Origin: Gnetum montanum | Lineage: Eukaryota > Plantae > Gnetophyta | DNA length: 64,000 nucleotides | Direction of reading: 5' to 3' | Assembly (NCBI GenBank): GCA_015680685.1 | Contig: MNCI01000967.1 | Coordinates: forward strand, 356,458-420,457 | Part shown: positions 52,834 through 64,000 of the stretch, one piece after another | Numbering within the stretch: position 1 is the stretch's first letter | Layout: each line of letters opens with the position of its first letter | Made by a program: the position numbers and the translations under genes | Notes under the pieces: generated by a model | Database searches by the model: none | Told to the model about the DNA's origin: nothing | The model's input: the letters and a program-made list of their open reading frames with translations, nothing else

Positions 52834-55800
52834 TTAGATGTAGTATGGCTTGAGGTACAAGCAGTTCACAGGATTTGCAAACTCTTTGCCATCCATATTG
52901 GCTAGTTTGAAGGCCCCATTGTCATAGGCTTTGGTGACTATGAATGAACCTTCCCAGTTTGCTAAGAACTTTCTTACATGTTCATGAACAGCTTTGAGAA
53001 CTAGGTCCTCCTTTTTAATCAGCCATTGATGTAGATTGAAATGATGCTTTTTCCATCACTTATCCTGGTACCATTCAATGCGATCAAGTATTTGGACACA
53101 CTCTTCTATGGAGTCAAGGTTAATGATCCTTGACTTGTTGTTTTGGGCTTCATTCACAATGCTTGAAAGGATCATCCATAGTGATGGTACCTAAAATTCA
53201 AGAGGTAACACTGCTTTAGATTCATAAATAGGGTTGTAGGGAGTCTTACCTGTGGCCATTCTGCACATCGTATAGTAAGCCCACAACACGTAGAGGATTT
53301 GCTCATGCCATCACCTCTTGCTACTACTAAGCATCTTTTTAAGTAATTTGATGATGGACTTGTTTGTTGCCTCCACCTGACCATTTTCCTATGGGTAGTA
53401 TGGTGACAAAAAGGATTGCTTAATGTCAAGGTGGTTGCAAAAGGTTTTGGTTTCCATGCTATTAAATTATGGCCCGTTTTCTATCACAATAGTCATGGGA
53501 AGGCCAAACCTTGTTACTATATTGTCTAGGATAAAGTGGCAAACCTGTTGGGATGTAGTCTTCCTAAGGGGGATAGCCTCTACCCACTTTGTAAAGTACT
53601 TGGTGGTAGTGATGATGAAGCTATGTCTTGCGGAATACTTAGGTGTGATGAGTCCTATGATATCTAGTCCCCAACGTTGGAATGACCACGTAATCTATGT
53701 AGGATGCAACTCAATAGGTGAGACATGTATAAGATTTACATGACGTTGTCATGTATCACATGTCCTAACTTTGGCAAGGCAATCTTGTTCAATGCAAGGC
53801 TAGTAGTACCCTAGATGTCTAATTTTCACTGTCATAGCTCTAGGGGCTATATGTCCTCCACATAATCCCTCATGGATTTTGTTAACAATTTTTTTTGCTT
53901 CCTCCCCACCAATGCAAGTTAGTAATATCCCATCAAGGAGCGTTTACGTTGGGTGTTATCTCTTATAAGGACATACTGTCAGTCTCCTTTTTGAATTTCA
54001 TCCTTTTGTGCAAATGTCAAGCCGTTTGGGGGTTTGCCTTATTAAAGATAGGCTTTAATGTTAGCATACCACTCTTGGGTATCAGTAGTGTTAACAATTG
54101 TAATCTGTGCTACTCGGATGATAGGATCAATGCATTCTATTATTGAAGCAGGCAAAGTTGCAAATAGGTGCGATGGCACATTCAATGCTAACGTGGCTAA
54201 GGAATCTACTACTGTATTCTCGTTGTGGGGCACGTGTTGGATGTCTATCATTGTAAACTATTTCAAAACATTCTTGGCCAAGTCATAATAAGGCTATAAG
54301 TGTGAAGCTTTACCGGAATAGACTTTGGTAATTTGGTTGACAACAAGTTGGGAATTGCCTCGAATTGCCAAATGTTGGACCCTTAGTTCCTAGGCTGCCA
54401 AGAGGCCCTTAATGAGTCCTTCGTACTTAGCTACATTGTTCATACAAAGGAATGTAAAATGGTAAGCAAAAGGTAAAATATCCCTAGAGGGGAATGTAAT
54501 GATGGTAGCAGCACTACCACCTTGCATAGTTGAGGCACCGTCGAAATGCAAAGTGGCTTCGAAGTGTAATGGCACAGGATTGACATTATTGACATGTTCA
54601 TTGGGGAACTCTATCTCTATCATTACTTGATCATCGATGGGTGAGGTTGTGAGCTATGTGGCTATTTCTTATCCCTTTGTTGATGATTGGGCAGCATAAT
54701 GCAAATTGAATTCTACTATTATAGCTTTCCACTAGGCTATCCTACTAAATTTGTATAAATTGTTTGTGATAGCCCAAAGTATATTACTCTTACATATGAT
54801 GTTAACTTTGTTGCGAAAGAGGTAGTGTCTCCATTTTTTTAGTGAAAACACTAAGGAAAGAAAATTTCTTTCTACTTTGTTATACTTTGCCTCATAAGCT
54901 ATTAATGCATGGCTCAAGTAATAAACTAGGATTTCAAAGCCATCATCTTTCTTCTGACATAACAATGCTGAAATAGATGTGTTCGAGGTGGCAAGGTAGA
55001 TGTAGAAAGGCTTATCCCTCTATGGTGGGTAAACAATTTGGAGGTTCAAAAGCTCTTTCTTTAAGTCATCGAAGCCTTGTTGACATTGTTCTATCCACTC
55101 AAAGTTGACCCCCTTCTTGAGCAAGTGTTGCATGGGGTGTAACTTGTAGATCAACCTCACTATAAACCTTCTGATAAACTATATTCTACCTTGCAACCCA
55201 TGTAATTCTTTAAGGTTGGTAGGGGATGCTAGGTTAACGATGGCCTTAACTTTGTCAGGGTCTACTCATATTCTAGCTTCCGATACTACAAACCCTAGCA
55301 TGCATCTAGTTTTAACTCCAAAAACACATTTCCTTGGGTTGAGATGCAAGTCATGCCTGTGACAATGCTTGAGGACTACATCTAGATCATTGGGATGATC
55401 AATAGCTCCTTTAGACTTTACTGCAATGTCATCCATGTAATCATTTAGTCTCTCCAAGAGGTAGTCGCTAAAAATGTACTTCATGGCTCATTGATAGGTT
55501 GCTCTAGCATTTTTGAGCTCAAAAGGCATCATGGTGTAACAAAAGGTTCCCCAAGGGGTCATGAAAGTAGTTGTTAACTGATGCTCTGGGTTGATGCAAA
55601 TCAGGTTGTAACCTGAAAACCCATCCATATAGGATAGCAAAGCATGACTAGCTGTAGTGTCAATAAGTTGATCAATACTCGATAATGGAAAGTCATCTTT
55701 GATTGTTGCTTTGTTTATATCTTGAAAGTCTATACAAATTCATATACCTCCCATGTTCTTAAAAACCACAATGATGTTTAACACCCACTCCAAGTAATCA

Positions 55801-56256
55801 ACCATGTGAATGAAACCAACTTGATACAGCTTGATAATTTCATCATGTATAACTAGTGCGATTTCGGGTTTGATTTTTCGAGCCTTTTTCTTAACTGCTT
55901 TGATACAAAATTCTAAGACAATGTTGTGTTGTATGAGCCATGGGTCTAAGCCCAGCATGTCATCATAAGACCATGCAAACACCTTAACATTGTCTTGGAT
56001 GACTCTAGATATGTCTTTTTGCATTTGTGGATCTAGGAGGGAGCTAAGTTTTAATGTATTTATTTCCCCCTAGATATACTTATAGGTATTTCAATGAGAG
56101 GATCCTCAATCACATCCCCAGCCTCTAAGTATAAGGCTTGGACTAGATGTTTGGGCCAATCTAGGGATGTTTCCAAGGACGCTATGGTGTTGTCAATAGA
56201 TGATTCCCAGTCTATTGATTCTAAGTTTAGGTATCTCATAAGCCTGCCATGAGGAC
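52834..56256 (-). pseudogene. pol: pol of element E: RT - RNase H - additional RNase H - integrase
   Basis: ORF fragments VFAWSYDDMLGLDP, NDYMDDIAVKS...LNPRKCVFGV, KKWRHYL, HFDGAS...NNVAKYEGLI (aRH), HVPHNENTVVDSLA; integrase KYFTKWVEA; ends LKPYYI*. Confidence 0.95.
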
Positions 56257-56805
56257 CTGTCAAGGTTAAAAGAGAATGTTGATCACTGTGCATAGTCATT
56301 TTTGTTAAACCTGCCACAATAGAAAGAAAGACCAAGTCAAGTGATACTTGTTTGTAACATGTAATGAATGTTTGTAAAGTAATAATACAACATGGGATAA
56401 TTGTCAATTACTATGTAAAGTTTGCAAGTTGCCAATTTAAGATCTTAGCAAACCATTAATAGGTTTGAAAATGCAAGGGGCATTATCTTTGCTAGTTTAA
56501 GATCGTAGTGGACCATTAATGATGCAAAACTTGGTCTAAGATATGAAATGAATGCTAAAATCGTTAGTTTAAGGTCATGGCAGACTGTGATTAGGCTACA
56601 TTGTAGGTTAGCATCCCATGTAAATTAAAATTGCTAGTTTAAGGTCTTAGTGGACCGTTAATGGGTTTGAAAATTTGGTGGGCCCACTTGCTATGCTACC
56701 AACGAGTGTTACGCTATAACAAGATTTTACTATAGTAGCGCTATGCTATGGGGGCATCCCATGTTACTTGGGATGTGAAAATGACAATTTGTTCACTGCG
56801 TCAGC

Positions 56806-56813
56806 TATAAATA
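56806..56813 (+). promoter_or_regulatory. Putative TATA box of E's antisense gene
   Basis: TATAAATA ~150 nt upstream of ATG 56957, just after a GCTAC/GTAGC motif cluster. Confidence 0.6.
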
Positions 56814-56956
56814 GTGGTTTACCCCCTAGTAAACTTGTCATTTTCATTATTAGATCCCAGAGCCCATACTCAGAGCATACCGTGGTGGCACAAAGAGAGA
56901 GAGAAAGTGAACTGGTGTAATGTAGTAGTTGGTAGAGACAATTCACGAGCGGGACA

Positions 56957-59900
56957 ATGGCACCCAAAGACGAACGCAAGCATTGAGGACTTGCCAAAGT
57001 AGATGAGGTGAAGGACTCTCTAGGATGTTTATCCAAGGTGCACGTTGAGGTATGACAAGAGACTCCATCAGCTTGGTAAGTCACTATGTTATCCTTATTT
57101 TTGTTGCCGTTATTTTGATGATGTTTGCATCTATTTATACCATTTTAGTTGTTGTTTTGGCTACTATGCTGTTGTTGTTGCTAGTTGGCCACAACAGCCG
57201 TACGGATGCTACGCTATGGCTACATGCAGTATTGCCCTAGCTGCCATTGTTAAGAATGGAAACTACCTTATCACGAGTGTTTGGGAAATTCTGAGCAGTG
57301 TAGCACATGCTTGGCACAACTTACCACCCTTAGAAGGGTTTAGTTATTTGTGAAAGTTTTTATAACAACGTGATGCATGTTTAACGTAGTGTAGCATGAG
57401 TTATTTCATGCAGCAAGATAGGGTTGGGATGGTAGGGGCACTGTGGGTTCTCTCTCGTATGCACGATTTAGACTGTAAGGTTGTTGTTTTTATGCTACTT
57501 TGCTTATGCTATGAGGCCCTTAGGCCATTCTGTTGGCAATCTATCATATTGCTATGCTATAAAAATTGTAGCACTACTACATTGTCAAATTCATTATACT
57601 ACCAAATTTGCCATGCCACGACACCGACCACAATGCTCTATTTGTTATACATTATGTTGCATGCGATGCGTTCATCTTGCTATGCTACATGTGATGCAGT
57701 CGTTATCCTTACACGAAAGTGTTGGCTATTATGTTATGTTGTGTTGTTTCATGTAACCTATTACTATTGCATCATGGTGTGCACCCATTGTTGTTATGCT
57801 ACGCTACTCCCAACTCTCTCTTTTTTGTTAGTATGTTGTATGAAATATTTACCTTTTTTACACTGTGTAAATAGAGGGTCAGGCTACACTATGTGTAAAC
57901 AGATGGTTATGCTATGCTATGTGTAAACAAATAGTTACGCTATGCTACATGTAAACAAATGGTTACGCTACACTATGTGTAAACCTCACCTGAACACAAT
58001 GCTAACATTCAATGCTTTATTATGCAAGGTCATGTTTAAACCTATCCTGATTGTCCTTGAGATTATAGGAGTCCTGTGCTACCTCAGTGAACCAGTGGCC
58101 AATGTCCCTCCTCCCCATGCACACATGGGGCAGCAGGCAGTTTAGTTCTGGGAGGGTGCATGGGACTTCTTACAGTTCCTCCTCCACCATTTTAGTGTGA
58201 TCGTGTGGTCACACTTATCAGCTGAGACAATGGCCACAATTACAGAAACACTATTGCCCGAGGTGAACCGGAGCATTCTAAAGTTCCTAGCTAATGGGAT
58301 GATCAGAGGTGAAGGTGCAACAGGTTCCAACTAGCACCCAAAAGGCTTAAGGCACTTAAGTTGGATCTGGGACATGCCTAAGTACAAATGTTATCACTTA
58401 TATAACACATTATATGTTACCTACCACATGGGCACTTGTTTTCAGAACCCACCTAGAACCATTTATTATGCTGATAGGTGAGTTTTGTGGAGGTATCTTA
58501 ATGTGTTGTATAATCTGTGTTACACTATACAAAGGTGTTAACTACATCTTTGTGTATTGCCAAGTTTTATATTGATAGGAATGGTCTTCACAATGATATA
58601 GATGCCTTGGCATTGGCACAGACGACCTTGCAAGAGTTCTCCTCTACCGAGAATGTGTGTGTTGGCATAATAGGACAACTTGGGCTTAAGTTTAAAACCT
58701 ACCCAACCTGGTATTTCCAATTTTATGGGAAGTCTAAGGAGGTTGGTTTATTGGATAGGGAGTGGGCATCCCTCAGACCACTTACCATTGAAAACATGCT
58801 AGTGGAAATCCCACCATTTCCTATGTCATTTAAACCTGGTATGCCAAGCCATGCATTTGTTGTTATGTTTTGAAATGATGATGTTCTATCATCATTTTTT
58901 TATTATTTTTTTCTAACTTTTTTCCTTTTTTGTTTTGCAAACTATTACAATGGTGACAGAATCCCAAGAGGTCACTATGATCACCTTTGGGTGTAATGGA
59001 ACCAACCTCTTTTTCAAGTACGAGGAGGTGGAGGAGACACAGCATTGGCTCTGCAATGGGGTCCCAGCCACCTTTGTCCACAACCTTCATGAGGCTAGGC
59101 TCATGGACTTATTTTTAGCTATAAACCCAAGTGTCTCGCCTACCAAAATGCTTTCCCTAGCCGATTCCTTCTTCAAGAAGGCTAACTGCTTCTATATACG
59201 TGTTCACTATGTATGGGTGGTGTTTGAAATCAATGACCAATTATTTGTGGATCTTTTCAATGTTCCTTTTGATGGTCTCCCTGTAGGAGAAAAATCTAAG
59301 AAAGATGCGAACCATCAGGGGGACATCGAGGAGTGGCTAGGGACAGCCAAGGACCGAAAGGGGTTCTACATTGAGAAAGTCAAGCTAAGGGTGGCCAAAA
59401 CAATTTACCATGTCTTCCGTGCCTGTTCCTTCTCCAAGCTACTCTCCCAAGGAAAAATTCATGGAGCGAAGCAGGCTTGGATAACAAGGGATGTGATGGA
59501 AGAAGGGACTCTCTACAACTGGGCCAAGTACCCTTACAAAGGCTTGTAGGCTGAAATAGTTAAACTTTGTAGGAATCTTGAGTCCTATTTCAATGTGCAC
59601 CACATCTTTTTTGTAGCCTACCTGTGATGCTTTGTGAAATTCTTGGTAGTCCTTGAGAATGACATTTTGGTGTAACAAGACCGTAGTTAGATTTCCAAAT
59701 CATGGATTTGCCACGTTTTTCATACCACATGATCCCAAGATCCCCCAGAAGTTATTGGGAAATCATTTTTGATAATGACAAGGGATCAAGTGGCACATCC
59801 TTTTCATGCCCAAGATAGCATGGAAGAGGCATTCCCCATTAACATAGGTAATGTGAAAAGGGGAGAACGCCTCATTGTAGAAATAGTGACAACTAGGTTG

Positions 59901-61670
59901 CAACGTAAGAAATCCCATCCCACCGAAGAGCCTCCCCATACAAATGAAGAGAGGGGGAAGAAGATGAAACTCAAAATTCACAAAGTGTAGCCCCCAATTG
60001 GTAAGCGTGTTTAACTATTTGGTTAATGCTTGCTACGCTGTGCTACGCTAGGTAGCATTGCATGGCGTAGCATCTATTCTGAGTTGGTATATCTTGCCTA
60101 TTGTAATTATGCTTTATTAGCAAAGGAAGGAGAAGAGGAAGGGGAGGAAGAGGTTGTGGCCCCTAGAACAGGGGCAACTAATGAAGATGAAGAGGCCTTG
60201 TTCATAGAGAAAAGTCCTTGGCTAACAAAGAAGGGGCCCTTACTACAGAAGAAAGGGCCTTGTCCAGTGAGGAAGAGGCCCCTGTTGACGAAGAGGAGGC
60301 TCTCGCTAATGAGGAAGAGGCCCTTGCCAATCAAGAAGGCGTCCCTATTGATAACCCTTTTGTCAAGTGTGGTTTAGTACCAAAGGAATGTATGAGTGTT
60401 GAGGACACTACTATGCTATTGGGTCAGCTAGAAAGAGAGGGGCTCTAGTTTGACGTTGGTGATCTTGATCACTTGTTTGACAGTGTGTTGATGGGTGACC
60501 CGACCCCCCCCCCCCCCCCCCCTACCACTATCACCTCTGAGGGTTTGCTGGGTAGGAGCTTTACACTATCATTTACATCATTCATTAGCTTTGTCACTAA
60601 GCTTTTTACATTGTTGGAATTTCACCATGTCACTGTGACTAATTCCCTTCCGTGTGTGGTTGGTGGCCTCTCACCTCAAGTGGGATCCCAAGCATGTGGT
60701 TGAGGTCGATGTTGTACCTAAATTTTTACCAGAGGTGACTAAAGTACCTTGTCACATATACAATGAAGAAAATAAATGTGTGTTGTACTCGACACGCTCT
60801 TTGTGGAAGTGTAGGTGTGTGAATGAAGACCTCTGGAAATGAGTACAAAAACTTGAGTGGGAGAAGGCCAATCTAACCACTGAGGTGGGGGATCTCCAAT
60901 CCAAGAATGAATTCCTATTGGCCTAGGATGCTAACAATGGAAGTTAGCGTACAGCTGTCATCAACTATGCAAGATATTGGATGGTCATGTAGTGCAAAAA
61001 TGAAGCTAGATGTGAAATAATCAAACAACATATGCAAATGGACCTTCTAGCCTAGAAGAATTAAGATTGGAAGGATTATAGCACAAAGGTTTATGAGTGG
61101 GGGCAAGCATAGAAGAACCACAAGCACATGTATAAACTAGAATGTGCCGCCTACCATAAATAGTATTGGGATGCCTCAATCAAGTTGCATACCCATGAGC
61201 TATTCCTTGACATTATTGGTGCTTTTGGGGCTTACCACATGATCATGCAATAGGTGACAGTCAGTGAATCTCCCAAAAGGGAGGTGACCCTACCTACGGG
61301 TGAGACTACCACTGCCACCTTTTCTCCAGGACCACCCAAATGGATAACTGTAGAAAAGGAGAAAGTTGTAGCAAGCACTGATCTAGGGGATAGGAACTAG
61401 GCCAACATCATTGAGGAGGAGATCCTACAATGTCTTGCAGCCGGCATGGATCGGATACCCCCCGAAACAAATGTAGGGCCATCTCAGGTTAGTCACTTTT
61501 TTTGGTGCCATATTTTATTTTATTAAAGCCCTTATTGTAGCTTTAATTGATTATTTTATTTTCTTTGTTGTGTAGGATCTAAATGAAAATGTATGACCCA
61601 ATGAAGCTGGGGATGGTAGTGTGGGTAGAGACCCATAGCATAGTGGCGGGGAATTTTATTCTTGTCTTTA
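56957..61670 (+). pseudogene. Antisense multi-exon accessory gene of element E (FCP1/NIF-like, transposon accessory domain, acidic repeat, coiled coil)
   Basis: Exon 1 56957-57075 then GTAAGT. Exon 2 from 58028. Donors GTATGC 58839, GTAAGC 60001, GTTAGT ~61488. Acceptors ttattag 60120, ttaccag ~60732, tgtgtag ~61576. T-rich introns; peptide homology to B's antisense gene. 3' end approximate. Confidence 0.82.
60180..60350 (+). repeat. 21 bp coding repeat (EEEALAN-like, acidic)
   Basis: gaggaagaggccc(c/t)tg...aat units; peptide EEEAPVDEEEALANEEEALANQEG. Confidence 0.8.
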
Positions 61671-62072
61671 AATTTAGAAAAAAACTTATAAAAATTATTG
61701 ATTAGTATTGAATGAAGAATGGAATGTGAGGAGATTTATTTCATTTTGGCTAATGCATTGTATCATTTTTATTCTTTGTCTTTTTTAAGCTCCCAAGGCC
61801 ATTTCATGCCATCACTAATTTTAGGCCATTTCGGGCCATTGTGATAAAAAATTTGCTAGTTTTAGGCCTTAATGGGCCGTGGTGTGATGCAAACAATAGA
61901 AATAATTTGAACAATGTAATTAATGAGGAATATGCTAGCATAAACATTGAATGTGAAGCAAACGACGTGAGCAGTGGATGTATTGTTGATGCAAGCAGTA
62001 ATCATGGTGGAAGAAGTGAAGTAGTTGTGCTAACGCAAGTAACGATTATTCTCGTAGCTGCTTCCTAACCCA

Positions 62073-64000
62073 TCATGGGCTCGGTGATGTGTACGGCTCA
62101 GGGGCCTTGTTATGATGCTCTTTTATGTCATCATCTACTACTTGAAAGGGCAGCTCAACCCATGTTGCTTCCTCGTTTGAACCGGTTTCAACTTGTTTAG
62201 GTGTTTCAGTTTGAACAGGGGTTCGGTCTTCAAATATTTTGACCTTTGACCCTTGCTCCATTCCTACATTATTTATGGCTTGGGGAGCCACTTCATCACC
62301 ATGAATTATCACTTCCCCTCTTGCATAGGGTAAGTGAATCTCCTAATGTATTGGAGAGGAAACAACCCTCAATTGGGCCAACCACGATCTCCCTAGGATC
62401 AGGTTGAACCCAGGCATTTCTTCTATGACTATGAATATTGTGCTTATGGGGAACTGGTCCCCTACGACAAAGTTGATATGCATAGTTCCTTTTACTAGCA
62501 CACGCACCCCATTAAACGATTTCAAGCAGGATGTCGTTGTGGGATTAATTTGATCTACCAAGACCAATTTGTCCACTATGGGCAAAGGGATGACATTAGT
62601 AGCAGCCTCATCATCAACATGTACCCTTCAGATCCTATGTTGTTTGACTCGAATCGTGATGAACATAGGTGTCGTTGTCACCTAACCCTTTTCAGAGTTA
62701 TCTTTAATGGAATCATCATGGAATGTTAACTGAGATGGCCATGGTTCCTTGGCTGTAGAGGGAAGCATAACAACGTGAATCACTTCCTCCTCTGCTAACA
62801 TATTTTCGTTAATCGATATGGAAGTTAACATGCAAATCATGGCCTCATGATGTGTAGTAGAAGTCATTACCAAGTCATACAGGCTCAAAGTTGTTTTTTT
62901 CTATTTCAAAGCCTATTTAACTTGGGTGAGGGTGTTGAACAGATCTTGCCCACCATCTTGCCTCTTACTCTTTTCCTCCTCCATTTGTCCTAGAAAATAG
63001 ATCTCCCAAGGAGGGGGAACTTTAGGTTGAGGGTTTTGCTTTCTTGGATAATATGGTGGCGATTGCTTCTATGCAACATTATCGGTTGTTGATGATGAGG
63101 AGACCACAGGCACTGAGGACAAGGAGGTAGGCTTGGGAGGACCTAAGGTGGTGCGTTCCTTGGCCATCTTATCTGCTGAACGCTCTTCCCATTTTTTTGA
63201 ACTGAGGGTGGGGGGGTGGGGGTTGCAGGGCTATTTTATATGGTTTTCTCTATGTAATGGGGGTAGTTGAATGTTTTGGCACCCTAATGAAAAATGATGC
63301 CTATGGTGTTGGTGTGGGCAGTGGTGTGGGTTTGAGCATGAAAGGTGTAGGGGCAGATGTCTGAGGAGGAACTTTAAGGATGAATGGTTGTTGCAGTGTC
63401 CTTTTTGTTTTTGTTGGTGTTGCCATGCTACATTGAGGCACACACACCACGAATGGTTGCTATGGTGGTTCTGGGTTACTGTCAATGACAATCGTGTTGA
63501 TGATATACCCTGTGTTATTGGCATTGAGGGGGTCCTTGTAAATGTGCATGGATTGGTTTTCAAGGTGGATAGGACTACTCTCATCTAGGACAAGCTTGCC
63601 CTAATTGACAATGCATTGAATGTCATCTTTCAATGCCAGGCAATAATCTATGTCATGACCGCATAGTTGATGGTAATCACAGAACCGTTCCAACCTAAAA
63701 TTCTTAGGAACTTGCGACTCATTGGGTGTGGCCAAGGAGGGGTCCCTAAGAAGTTTTCAATATGGCTTATGACGCTATGACGCTTAATCGCTTCCTCCGA
63801 CATCTGCTTCTACTAAATATATCTAGCCCCTAACAATTGCTTTAGGAGTTGTGAAGGCTTAACGGGTAAAGAAGTGTACTTGGAGGGATCATTGTGCTCA
63901 AAGTTGGGTTTAGGCTAGGTTGATGTCTCTAGTGCTAATGTTGAAGGCTAACTGGTGTTGCTTGAGCCAAATGTTGTTGTTGTGGCTACCTTTTTATTGT
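62073..64000 (-). pseudogene. gag-pro: gag C-terminus and protease of element E
   Basis: Zinc knuckle FCDYHQLCGHDIDYCLALKDDI (~63625-63690); SLYDLVMTS; HVDDEA; FNLILGRSWLAQL; collinear with B 6850-8560. Confidence 0.92.

Larger units (their letters stand above)
49138..64000 (-). mobile_element. Element E: Tat/Ogre-type LTR retrotransposon, 3' two-thirds, extends beyond the window
   Basis: 3' LTR 49138-51107, PPT 51108-51121, pol 52834-56256, antisense gene, gag-PR 62073-64000. Same layout as B. Confidence 0.92.

Noticed and set aside
57396-57926. 176 aa Cys/Tyr-rich ORF
   Set aside because: It is a by-product of GCTAC/GCTAT repeats in the predicted intron 1, with no counterpart in B.
60504-60522. 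Poly-C tract
   Set aside because: A simple homopolymer in a Pro-rich stretch; its length may be a sequencing artefact.
56957-61670. Interpretation as an ordinary host gene interrupted by transposons
   Set aside because: A homologue sits at the same internal position in a second element, both lie between PR and RT, and both carry TE-like decay.

Overview
The window is plant repetitive DNA, AT-rich and strongly CG/CHG-decayed, probably from a large genome (inference). It is made entirely of six old, nested LTR retrotransposons, and I find no host gene. The backbone is element B (+, 3525-49137), a Ty3/gypsy Tat/Ogre-type element: partial 5' LTR, tRNA-Asn PBS, gag-protease, a long spacer, pol (RT-RH-aRH-INT), PPT and partial 3' LTR. 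Four elements are inserted into B: A (-, Tat-type, 1-3524, in B's 5' LTR), C (+, pol-less Athila-like, 11720-20935, perfect GAAAG TSD), D (+, SIRE-like Ty1/copia, 30462-46757) and E (-, Tat-type, 49138 to beyond the window end, in B's 3' LTR). D itself contains F (-, pol-less Tat-type, 32910-43111). All coding regions are pseudogenised. The main discovery is that in both B and E the multi-kb spacer between protease and RT holds a homologous antisense, multi-exon gene. Its second exon resembles an FCP1/SCP (NIF, HAD-fold) CTD-phosphatase domain lacking the catalytic Asp motifs, and it is followed by a plant-transposon accessory-type domain and acidic/coiled-coil regions. Each element also carries arrays of its own CG-containing palindromic motif, in the LTRs and upstream of the accessory gene. 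Domain calls are by-eye motif recognition, not database hits.
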